Positions 46,260 through 57,013 of a DNA stretch of 57,013 bases are shown here, in pieces. A model generated the notes under the pieces. That model had not been told where the DNA came from, made no database searches, and saw only the letters and a list, made by a program, of their open reading frames with translations. A program made the translations under genes and the position numbers. The DNA is from Chiloscyllium plagiosum (taxonomy: Eukaryota): the NCBI RefSeq assembly GCF_004010195.1, contig NC_057719.1, positions 504,389 to 561,401 on the forward strand, read 5' to 3'. Numbering within the stretch: the stretch's first letter is position 1; every line of letters starts with the position of its first letter.

Positions 46260-48292
46260 CGGGCAGGTCAACATAATGAAGAAGGAAGTGTCAGAGGTAT
46301 TGTAATGGATTAACATAGAAAAGACCCCAGAATCAGATGGGATCCATCCCAGGAAACTGTGGGAGGCAGTAGCTGGGTCCTGAACAGATATTAGATTAGA
46401 TTACTTACAGTGTGGAAACAGGCCCTTCGGCCCAACAAGTCCACACCAAACCTCAGAAGCACAACCCACCCAGACCCATGCCCCTACATTTACCTCTTCA
46501 CCGAACACTACAGGCAATTTAGCATGGCCAATTCACCTAACCTGCACATTTTTGGACTGTGGGAGGAAACCCACGCAGACACGGGGAGAATGTGCAAACG
46601 CCATATGGTCAGTCACCTGAGGTGGGAATTGAACTCAGGTCTCTGGCGCTGTGAGGCAGCAGTGCTAACCACTGTGCCACTGTGCCGACCATATCTTTGC
46701 ATTCTGTCTGGCTTCAGATGAGGTTCCAGACAATTGGAAAATGATCAATGTTGTTCCTTTTTTTTAAGAGGCACCTGAGGTGGGAATTGAACTCAGGTCT
46801 CTGGCGCTGTGTGCCGACCATATCTTTGCATTCTGTCTGGCTTCAGATGAGGTTCCAGACAATTGGAAAATGATCAATGTTGTTCCTTTTTTTTAAGAGG
46901 AAAACAGAGATAATCCAGGTAATTACAAGTCAGTGAGCCTGACATTAGTGGAGGGAAGACTTTGGAGAAGATAATGAAAGACAGGATTTATTCACATTTG
47001 GAAATGAATGGAATTGTTAATGATAGGCAACATGGGTTTGTGTGGGAAAGGTCATGTCTCACCAATTTGATTGAGTTTTTTCAGGTGACAAGAATGATTG
47101 ATGTGGGAAGGGCGGTGGATGTTGTCTACATGGACTTTAGTAAGGTATTTGATAAGGTACCTCATGGAAGTCTGGTATAACAGGTAGAGTCTCGTGGGAC
47201 CTGGAGTGAGCTGGCTGGATGGATATATAAATGGCTTCATCATAGAAGACAGAGAATAGTAGTGGAAGTGTGCTTTTCTGAATGGAAATTAGTAACTAGT
47301 GTTGTTCCACAGGAATCAGGGCTGGGACCTTTGATGTATGTAATATATTAAATGATCTGGAGGAAAATGAAAGTGATCTGCTTACTAAGTTTGTAGATGA
47401 CATCAAAATTATCAAAGCTGCAGACAGTGAGGAAGGTTGTCAAATGATACTGCGGGATACAGATGGATTGCAGACTTGAGCAGAGAAATGGCTAATGGAA
47501 TTTAATCCAGACATCCAGATCCAGGAAGATCAAATGCAGGTGTGAATTATACAATAATGGCAGAACGCTCAGGAGCATTGATATACAGAGGGATCTGGGT
47601 GAACAGGTCCACAGATCCCTGAACATGGCAACACAGGAGGATATCGTGGTCAAGAGGGCACACAGCACAATTGCCTTCATTGACCAGGGTATTGAATTTA
47701 AAAGTTGGCAAGTTATGTTACAACTGTATAAAACCTTAGTTAGGCCACATTTAGAATATTACATGCAGTTCTGATCACCACACAAGAGGACATGGATGCT
47801 TTGGAGAGGGTGCAGTGAAGGTTTACCAGGATGTTGCCTGGTCTGGGGGGTTTTAGCTATGAGGAGAGTTTGGAATAACTCAGATTGCTTTCACTGGAAA
47901 GGCAGAGGCTGAGGAATGACTTACTCGAGGTCTACAAATTATGAGAGGCATAGGTAGGGTCGATAGTCAGAAGCTTTTTCTCAGGGTGCAAAAATCAACT
48001 ACAAAAGGGCACAGGTTCAAGGTGAGAGGTTTAGGGGAAAAGTGCAGGGCAAACTTTTCACCCAGAGGGTGGTGGTTACCCGGAACACACTGCCAGTGAA
48101 GGTGGGGGAAGCAGGCATGTTAGCAAAGTTTAAGGAGTATCTTGATAGACACATGAACGGGAGGTGAATAGAGGGATAGAAACTGTTTATGGGGCAATAA
48201 GTAGTGAATCTACAAATGTATTAGGAATCAATGCAGGCTGTGTTGGGCCGAAGAGCCTGTGTCTGTGTTGTATTGTATTGGATTGTATTGAA
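46260..48292 (+). mobile_element. Decayed CR1 ORF2 RT region with nested HE1 SINE (46393-46688, minus)
   Basis: RQHGF, YMDFSK, DKVPH motifs; ttgta-repeat tail. Confidence 0.88.
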
Positions 48293-49599
48293 TGAACATT
48301 GCCAAGCTGAGAGACCTGGCTCCTGATTGTGAGCTTTGTGACTATTCCTTCCAGTGTCCTACAGCGTTTTCTGAAAGGAGTAATCAGTGTCCCACAGAGA
48401 TCACATGTAGCAACATTGAAAGATCGAAAATAGGAGCAGCATTCAGCCCTTTGAGCCTACTCTGCATTCAATGTGATCGTGGGTGAACTCAGTACCCTGT
48501 TCCCAATTTCTCATCACAGCATTCCATCCCTTTAGCCCTATGAACTACATCTAACACCTTCCTGAAAACATTCAATGTTTTGGCCTCAACCGCTTTCTGT
48601 GGCAGAGAATTCCACAGGGTCCCCATTATCTCCAGAGTTTGGTGTTAGCAGGGATTTAGAGCAGTCATGTCTGTCCTAGATGCTCCTCAAGCCTGACACT
48701 TTCTTGAATCTCACGAGGGGCCTCAGCAACTGCTGGACTCTCCCTGTCACCAGGTGCTGAACGCTCCTGGGTTTAAATAATCATCACAACTATGAAGTCA
48801 CAAGTCACTAAACGTGGCCAGAAACACCCTCTTCCCACAATATGCAGTGAAAATTTGGAATTGTGTGACTGAAACATAAAGCTTCTGTGATGGATGGGAA
48901 TCCTGCAAAACTAAGATCCCAAGATTTTTGAAAGGCAAGGCTATTTTTGGTTTACAGAACGAACTCAGGTGTATTGAGTTAGAATAAAAAATAGTCTTGG
49001 TTTAATGGACTTGAGGGGCTGAATGGCCTCCTTTGTTTCCAGCCTCTGTCAGTGCACACAGATCCTGAGATGTTTACTGACAAACAGCAGAATCTCTGAG
49101 TGGATTATGCAACGATTATATTACTGGGTTAGATGCTGAGGCTATTAACAATTTCAAATCCCACTGTGAGAAATTTGAGAATTTTAATTAAAATAAAAGT
49201 CTAGGTAAATCATGAAGCAGTTGCATTGTTGTAAGAATACATTTGGTTTAATAATACCCTCTTGGGATATGTGGTCATCCTCCAGCCTCCATGCCAACTG
49301 TCTTCTGAAGTAACCTGGCGTGTCACAGTGACACCCACATCCAAGTAAAATAAAGGCAGACAAGTTCCCTGCTTAGGACAGTGCTAAACATAACCCCCTA
49401 CCCATCCCATTGCTCACATTCTACACCAGACAGTAAACAGCAATGAGTATAATCGGTAAGGACAAGGACAGATGGAGAGAAGTAGGTCAGAGCACAAAGA
49501 CATCGTTGTTATCAGCTCTGTAGGATGAATCCTCAGACACAACACAAGATGGTGATGTGTGCCTCAGCCTTGCACTCCACTGGAGCAGACTAAACCAAT

Positions 49600-49793
49600 G
49601 AGGTAAAAACAATGATTGCAGATGCTGGAAACCAGATTCTGGATCAGTGGTGCTGGAAGAGCACAGCAATTCAGGCAGCATCCGAGGACAGGCAAAATCG
49701 ATGTTTCGGGCAAAAGCCCTTTTGCCCGAAACATCGATTTTGCTGCTCGTCGGATGCTGCCTGAATTGCTGTGCTCTTCCAGCACCACTGATC
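49600..49793. mobile_element. Palindromic Penelope-derived insertion, third subfamily
   Basis: TSD cagactaaaccaat; inverted arms centred on gggcaaaagcccttttgccc. Confidence 0.75.
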
Positions 49794-50111
49794 CAGACTA
49801 AACCAATAGCAATCAAACCACCTCCTCCCCTATAACTCTTCATACACCACCTCCGGCCACTGCTTTCTCACTCAACAGTTTCTATTACCCGGACAAAGAT
49901 CCCAGCCATGTCCCAATCCCCAGCCCAATTTCATATTTCTTTGTTGGTAATTCTTGCGAGCAAGGTTCCAGGGTAGCCTGGATTAACAATGCCGGAGCTA
50001 ACAATGTCAGAACAGGCCATTTGGCCCAAATACAATGTCTGGTGTTCATGGTTCATTTGAACCTCCTCCTATCTTTCCACATCTATATCCACCACTCTAA
50101 CTTTCTAATTG

Positions 50112-53100
50112 TACCTGAACTGGAGGGCACAAATGTCTCGGGTGGAAGATTTGCTCGTGTGGTTCGGGAGGATTTAAACTAGTTTGGCAACGGGTTGGGA
50201 GCCAGAGCCACATATCTGACAGGGGGTAGTTGTAGATTGGGCAGTGACAGGATGTAGTGAATCTATCGGGAAGGTTTTTCACATGATAAAACAAAGGAAT
50301 CGGTTAAAGTGTGTCTGCTTTAACACAAGGAGTGTCAGAAATAAGAGTGATGAACTTAGAGCATGGATCAGTACTTGGGGCTATGATGTTGTGGACATAA
50401 CTGAGACGTGGGTTTCACTGGGGCAGGAATGGTTGCTCGATGTTCCAGGGTTTATAACATTTATAAAGAACAGGGAGGGTGGAAAAAGAGGAGAGGGTAT
50501 AACATTGCTAATCAGAGAGTGCATCACAGCTACAGAAATGAGGGTTGTTGAGGAAGGTTTGTCTACTGATGGTTTGGATGGAGCCATTTTTGTCAGGTGT
50601 GTTCAGGAGGGTTTCCTGACTCTGTATGTAGACAGGCCGATGAGGGGAGAGGCCATTTTGAGTTTGGTGATCGGCAATGAGCCAGGACAGGTGTCAGATC
50701 TCGCGGTGGGAGAACACTTTGGTGACCACAACTGCCTCACATTTACCACAGCCATGGAGAGGGAAAGGAGCAGTTACCAAGGGAAGATATTTAATTGAGG
50801 AAAAGGAAATTATGACGCTATCAGACAGGAATTGGGAAGTACAGATTGGGAACAATTGCTTCAAAGAAAGGGCACAACAGACATGTGGAGGCTATTTAAG
50901 GAGCACTTGTTGCGAGTGATGCACAAATTTGTTCCTCTGAGACAGGCGAAAAGGGGTAAGATTAAGGAGCCTTGGATGACGAGAACAAAGGAACCTCTTG
51001 CCAAAAGGAAGAAGGCAGCATACGTAAGGTGGAGAAAGCAAGGATCTAGCACAGCTTTAGAAAATTACAGGCTTACTAGAAAAGAGCTCAGAAATGGACT
51101 GAGGAGAGCCAGGAGGGAGCATGAAAAAGGCTTGGCAGGAAGGATTAGGGAGAACCCAAAGTTCCCTGTTCTCATTGGCAAGAAGAAAGCTAAGAGGTAA
51201 TTTGATAGAGACATAAAAGATGATCAGAGGATTAGATAGGTTGGACAGTGAAAGTCTTTTTCCTAGGATGATGACATCAGCGTGTACGAGGCGGAATAAC
51301 TACAAATTGAGGGGTGATAGATTTAAGACAGATGTCAGAGGCAGGTTCTTTATGCAGAGAGTGGTAAGGGCGTGGAATGCACTACCTGCTAATGTAGTCA
51401 ACTCAGCCACATTAGGGAGATTTAAACAACCCTTAGATAAACATATGGATGATTTTGGATAGTGGACGGGGCAAATTGAGAACAGTTCACAGGTCGGCGC
51501 AACATCGAGGGCCGAAGGGCCTGTCCTGTGCTGTATTGTTCTATTAGATTAGATTAGATTACTTACAGTGTGGAAACAGGCCCTTCGGCCCAACAAGTCC
51601 ACACCGACCCGCCGAAGCGCAACCCACCCAGACCCACTCCCCTACATTTACCCCTTCACCTAACACTACGGGCAATTTAGCATGGCCAATTCACCTAACC
51701 TGCACATTTTTGGACTGTGGGAGGAAGCCGGAGCACCCGGAGGAAATCCACACAGGCACGGGGAGAATGTGCAAACTCCACACAGTCAGTTGCTTGTTCT
51801 AAAGACATTTTGCTCATACATGAGGAATAAAAGAATGATCAGGGAGAAGGTAGGGCCAGTCAGTGATAGCGGAGGGAACTTGTGCGTGGAGTCTGAACAG
51901 ATTGGGAAGCCCTAAATGTGTTTTTTGCTTCGGTTTTCACTAAGGAAAGGGACCTTGTTGTGAATGAGAACTTTGAGGAACTGGCAAACACGGTGGCTCA
52001 GTGGTTAGCACTGTTGCCTCACAGCACCAGGGTCCCAGGTTAGATTCCAGCCTCAGGGTGACTGTCTGTGTGGAGTTTGCACATTCTCCCCGTGTCTGTG
52101 TGGGTTTCCTTTGGGTGCTCTGGTTTTCTCCCACAGTCCAAAGATGTGCAGGTCAGATGAATGGGACATGCTAAATTGCCCATAGTGTTAGGTGGGTTAC
52201 TCTTCGGAGGACTGGTTGGACTGAAGGGCCTGTTTCCACACAGTAGAGAATCTAATCTAATCTTTAAACAGGCTTAAACTGATCAAGATTGATGACGCTG
52301 ATGTGCTGGAAATTTTGGCAAACATTCCAGTTACAAGTGGAGTTCCGCAGGGATCAGTTCTGGGTCCTCTGCTGTTTGTAATTTTTATTAATGACTTGGA
52401 TGAGGGAGTCGAAGGGTGGGTCAGTAAATTTGCAAATGATACAAAGATTGGTGGAGTTATGGATAGTGAGGAGGGCTGTTGTCGGCTGCAAAGAGACTTA
52501 GATATGATGCAGAGCTGGGCTGAGGACTGGCAGATGGAGTTCAACCCTGCCAAGTGTGAGGTTGTCCATTTTGAAAAGACAAATAAGAATGCGGAATACA
52601 GGGTTAACGGTAGGGTTCTTAGTAAGGTGGAGGAACAGAGGGATCTTGGGGTCTATGTTCATAGATCTTTGAAAGTTGCCACTCAGGTGGATAGAGCTTG
52701 TAAGAAGGCCTATGGTGTATTAGCGTTCATTAGCAGAGAAGCAAGAAAGGAGGTTGCTAAGCTGCTGGTGAAGATCTTTGCTTCCTCACTCTCCATGGGA
52801 GTCGTACTGGAGAATTGGAGGATGGCGAATGTTGTTCCTCTTTTCAAAAAGGGGAATAAGGAAATCCCTGGCAATTACAGACAAGTCGGTCTTACGTCTG
52901 CAGTCAGCAAGGTTTTGGAAAGAATTCTGAGGGATAGGAATTATGACTATTTGGTAAAGCATAGAGTGACTAAAGGCAGTCAGCATGGCTTTGTGAGGGG
53001 CAGGTCATATCTCAGTAATCTTATTGAGTTCTTTGAGGAAGTGACGAGACAGGTTGACGAAGGCCGAGCAGTGGATGTGCTGTATATGGACTTCAGGAAG

Positions 53101-54225
53101 GCATTTCCCCATGGTAGGCTCATTCATAAAGTCAGGAAGTATGGGATACAGGGAGATTTGGCTGTCTGGATTCAGAATTGGTTGACAGAGAGAAAGCAGA
53201 GAGTGGTTGTAGATGGAAAATATCCTGCCTGGACGTCAATGGTGAGTGGTGTCCCATAGGCCTCTGTTCTTGGGCCTCTGCTCTTTGTGGTTTTTATAAA
53301 TGACTTGGATGAGGAGGTTGAGGGTGGGTTAGTAAATTTGCCGATGACACAAAGGTTGGAGGTGCCGTTGATAGTGTCGAGGGCTATTGCAGGCTGCAGC
53401 GCGACATAGACAGGATGCAGAGCTGGGCTGGGAAATCGCAGATGGAGTTCAACCTGGATAAATGTGAGGTGTTGCATTTTGGAAGGTTGAACTTGAATAT
53501 AGGATTAAAGACCGGATTCTTGGCAGTGTGGAGGAACAGAGGGATCTTGGTGTTCAAATACATAGATCCCTCAAAGTTGCCACCCAAGTGGATAGGGTTG
53601 TAAAGAAAGCATATGGTGTTTTTATTAACAGGGGAATCGAGTTTAAGAGCACGAGGTTTTGCTGCAGCTCTACAAGTCCCTGATGAGACCACACTTGGAA
53701 TATTGTGTCCAGTTCGGGTTGCCCTATTATAGAAAAGATATAGAGGCTTTGGAGAGGGTGCAAAGAAGGTTTACCAGGATTCTGCCTGGACTGGAGGGCT
53801 TGCCTTACAAAGTGAGGGTGAATAAGCTCGGACATTTCTCTCTGGAGAGAAGGAGGAAGAGAGGTGACCTGATCGAGGCATACAAGTTATGAGAGGCATG
53901 GATAGAGTCAATAGCCAGAGACTTTTCCCCAGGGCAGGATTGACTGGCATGAGGGGTCATAGTGTTAAGATATTAGGAGGAAGGTATAAAGGAGATATCA
54001 GAGGTAGGTTCTTTACACAGAGAGTTGTGAATGCATGGAATGTGTTGCCAGCAGTGGTGGTGGAAGCAGAGTCATTAGGGACATTTAAGCAACTGCTGGA
54101 CATGCACATGGAGAGCAGTGAATTGAAGGGTACGTAGGTTAGGTATTTTAGATTCGGATCAATTCTTGGCACAACTCCATGAGCCGAAGGGCCTGTTCTG
54201 TGCTGAACTTTTCTATCTTCTATGT
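50112..54225 (+). mobile_element. CR1 copy of the same family as 35960-39640, with nested CR1 pieces (about 51160-51543, 52327-52738) and SINEs (51546-51790 minus; 51985-52263 plus)
   Basis: Near-identical APE/RT translations, interrupted and resumed at insertion junctions. Confidence 0.9.
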
Positions 54226-54452
54226 TTTCCCTCACAACAATAAATATTTGCTTTGTTTCTACTCTCGCAAAATCTTTCAGAATTTTAAAGATGTCTGTTT
54301 GGTAGTGCTGTATATCTCTATGACGTTATGGTAACTGCCCCTCCCACACCAGTGTTTACCAAGGGAAAAGTGACACAGCTAGTCTATCCTTTCCTGATAT
54401 GTGAACCCAATCTAAAGATGAAATCTATAACTTGGAGATACATATGCGCAAG

Positions 54453-55366
54453 AGATGGATGCAGATGGAAGCTGATGGAAGCTGATGGAAGCAGTTGGAA
54501 GCAGATGGATGCAGATGGAAGCTGATGGAAGCAGCTGGAAGCTGATGGATGCAGATGGAAGCAGATGGAAGCAGATGGAAGCTGATGGAAGCTGATGGAA
54601 GTAGATGGAAGCAGATGGAAGCTGATGGAAGCTGATGGAAGCTGATGGAAGCTGATGGAAGTAGATGGAAGCAGATGGAAGCTGATGGAAGTAGATGGAA
54701 GTAGATGGAAGCTGATGGAAGCTGATGGAAGCAGATGGAAGCTGAGGGAAGCTGATGGAAGTGGATGGAAGCAGATGGAAGCTGAAGGAAGCTGATGGAA
54801 TAAGATGGAAGCAGATGGAATCAGATGGATGCAGATGGAAGCTGATGGAAGCTGATGGAAGCAGATGGAAGCAGAAGGAAGAAGATGGATGCAGATGGAA
54901 GCTGATGGAAGCTGATGGAAGCAGATGGAAGCAGATGGAAGCTGATGGAAGCTGATGGTTGCAGATGGAAGCAGATGGATGCAGATGAAAGCTAATGGAT
55001 GCAGATGGAAGCTGATGGAAGCAGATGGATGCAGATGGAAGCAGATGGAAGCTGATGGAAGCTGATGGAAGCTGATGGAAGCAGATGGAAGCAGATGGAA
55101 GCAGATGGAAGCTGATGGAAGCTGATGGAAGCTGATGGAAGTAGATGGAAGTAGATGGAAGCTGATGGAAGCAGATGGAAGTAGATGGAAGCAGATGGAA
55201 GCTGATGGAAGTAGATGGAAGTAGATGGAAGCTGATGGACGCTAATGGAAGCAGATGGAAGCAGATGGAAGCAGATGGATGCAGATGGAAGCTGATGGAA
55301 ACTGATGGAAGTAGATGGAAGTAGATGGAAGCTGATGGAAGCTGATGGAAGCTGATGGAAGCAGAT
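54453..55366. repeat. 10-bp tandem satellite (GCTGATGGAA/GCAGATGGAA/GTAGATGGAA)
   Basis: About 90 units in strict 10-bp register, running into the gap. Confidence 0.98.
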
Positions 55367-55866
55367 NNNNNNNNNNNNNNNNNNNNNNNNNNNNNNNNNN
55401 NNNNNNNNNNNNNNNNNNNNNNNNNNNNNNNNNNNNNNNNNNNNNNNNNNNNNNNNNNNNNNNNNNNNNNNNNNNNNNNNNNNNNNNNNNNNNNNNNNNN
55501 NNNNNNNNNNNNNNNNNNNNNNNNNNNNNNNNNNNNNNNNNNNNNNNNNNNNNNNNNNNNNNNNNNNNNNNNNNNNNNNNNNNNNNNNNNNNNNNNNNNN
55601 NNNNNNNNNNNNNNNNNNNNNNNNNNNNNNNNNNNNNNNNNNNNNNNNNNNNNNNNNNNNNNNNNNNNNNNNNNNNNNNNNNNNNNNNNNNNNNNNNNNN
55701 NNNNNNNNNNNNNNNNNNNNNNNNNNNNNNNNNNNNNNNNNNNNNNNNNNNNNNNNNNNNNNNNNNNNNNNNNNNNNNNNNNNNNNNNNNNNNNNNNNNN
55801 NNNNNNNNNNNNNNNNNNNNNNNNNNNNNNNNNNNNNNNNNNNNNNNNNNNNNNNNNNNNNNNNNN
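55367..55866. other. Assembly gap (500 N)
   Basis: N run. Confidence 1.
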
Positions 55867-56002
55867 CCAACATGCCCATAATGACTACAGCCCCAAAGTG
55901 ACAACATAACACCCCGACACTGTGAAAGACACTCTTATAGATTCTTCATATCTTATTAAAGGCAATGGTTTACTGTCAGGTTTAAGTGGATTTGACACAG
56001 AC

Positions 56003-56199
56003 CGTGTGCAGTGTTCTAGAAGCTTCTCCAGTCGATGCAGTTGGTGATTGACCTGGTTGTTGATGGAGAGCCAACTTTCCTCCAGGTTATGGACCTGTGT
56101 ACCCAGCTCTGGGCAGCTCACAATGCCCAGGAGAGTGTGCCCGCTGCTCAGTCTCTGTTCCACTTGGGCCTGGGTCCTAGTGAGGCTGCTCCTGATCGC
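56003..56199 (-). CDS. Orphan spectrin-repeat-like exon beyond the assembly gap
   Basis: Pyrimidine-rich acceptor ...tgacAG; AIRSSLTRTQAQVEQRLSSGHTLL...ELGTQVHNLEESWLSINNQVNHQLHRLEKLL has the spectrin helix B/C pattern (G..L, L...W..I.......LE). Confidence 0.6.
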
Positions 56200-56409
56200 C
56201 TGTCACATGGAACAACAGCATTCAGCGAGAAAACAAGGAAAAAAATATCAAACTAACAAAACAATGTTCATTTCCAGTGCTCAAGGACGAAAAGGCAAAT
56301 CATTTGCAGTTTGGACACATACCCGCAGCTCTCAACATTGGCCTCTCATCGTTAACCCCCACCCTCCACATCTTCACCCCAACTTGCCACCACCTCCACC
56401 CCCCCCACC

Positions 56410-57013
56410 TGAAGTGCATCTACTATAATGCAAGGAGTACAGTGTGTAAGGTAAATGAACCTAGGGCTTGGATTGGTGCCTGGGAGCATGGCGTTATTGT
56501 AATCACAGAGACTTGGTTGAAGGAAGGGCATGATGATTGGCAACTAAATGTTCCAGGATATAGATGCTTCAGACAGGACAGGGAGGGAAGTAAAAGAGGG
56601 GCTGGAGTTGCATTGCTGGTCAGGGACGATATCACGGTTGTGCTAAAGGGGGAATCTATGGTGGTCTTGGTTAGTGAGGCATTATGGGTGGAGCTGAGAA
56701 ATAAGAAGGGTGCAGTTACATTGTTGGAGCTGTATTACAGACCTCCCAACAGTGAGCTTGAGGTAGAAGAACAAATAGGTAAACAGATTATGAATAGATG
56801 TAGAGGCAATAGGGTAGTGGTGATCGGAGATTTTAATTTTCCCAACATTGAATGGGATACACTTAGCGTCAGAGATCTGGATGGAGCAGAATTTGTACGA
56901 AGCGTCCAGAAGAGTTTTCTAGAGCAGTATGTCAATAGTCCGATGAGGGAAGGGGCCATATTGGACCTGGTACTGGGGAACGAGCCAGGACAGGTGGTAG
57001 AAGTTGCAGTGGG
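56410..57013 (+). mobile_element. CR1 ORF2 APE endonuclease region, truncated by window edge
   Basis: YYNARS, ITETWL, YYRPP, IGDFNFP, ILDLVL motifs. Confidence 0.9.

Noticed and set aside
54328..55912. ORFs such as MEADGSRWKL / FHQLPSASI
   Set aside because: Translations of the 10-bp satellite and the N gap

Overview
Eukaryotic genomic DNA, most likely a cartilaginous fish (shark): it is dense in CR1/HER1-type LINEs, HE1-type tRNA SINEs and Penelope-derived elements. The main content is the 5' part of a multi-exon, minus-strand nesprin-family gene (SYNE2-like, paralog identity uncertain). I reconstructed it by hand as 18 phase-consistent GT-AG exons from 45979 to 4131 (about 3,434 codons), and it continues beyond the left edge. 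It encodes tandem calponin-homology domains and then a tandemly duplicated three-exon spectrin-repeat module. By recalled alignment it appears to lack the spectrin repeats that normally follow CH2. It also contains an about 8-kb single exon (about 2,676 aa, acidic, probably disordered) built from nested repeats of about 22 aa, about 400 aa and 802 aa. The introns hold a family of short, often palindromic, TSD-flanked Penelope-derived insertions with minimal hammerhead-ribozyme cores, and a GIY-YIG Penelope hairpin near the exon-duplication junction. An inverted repeat brackets two CH1 exons, and a near-full-length CR1 has a 5' inversion. A 10-bp satellite runs into a 500-N gap, beyond which lies an orphan spectrin-repeat-like exon. 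All homology calls come from motif recognition, not database searches.
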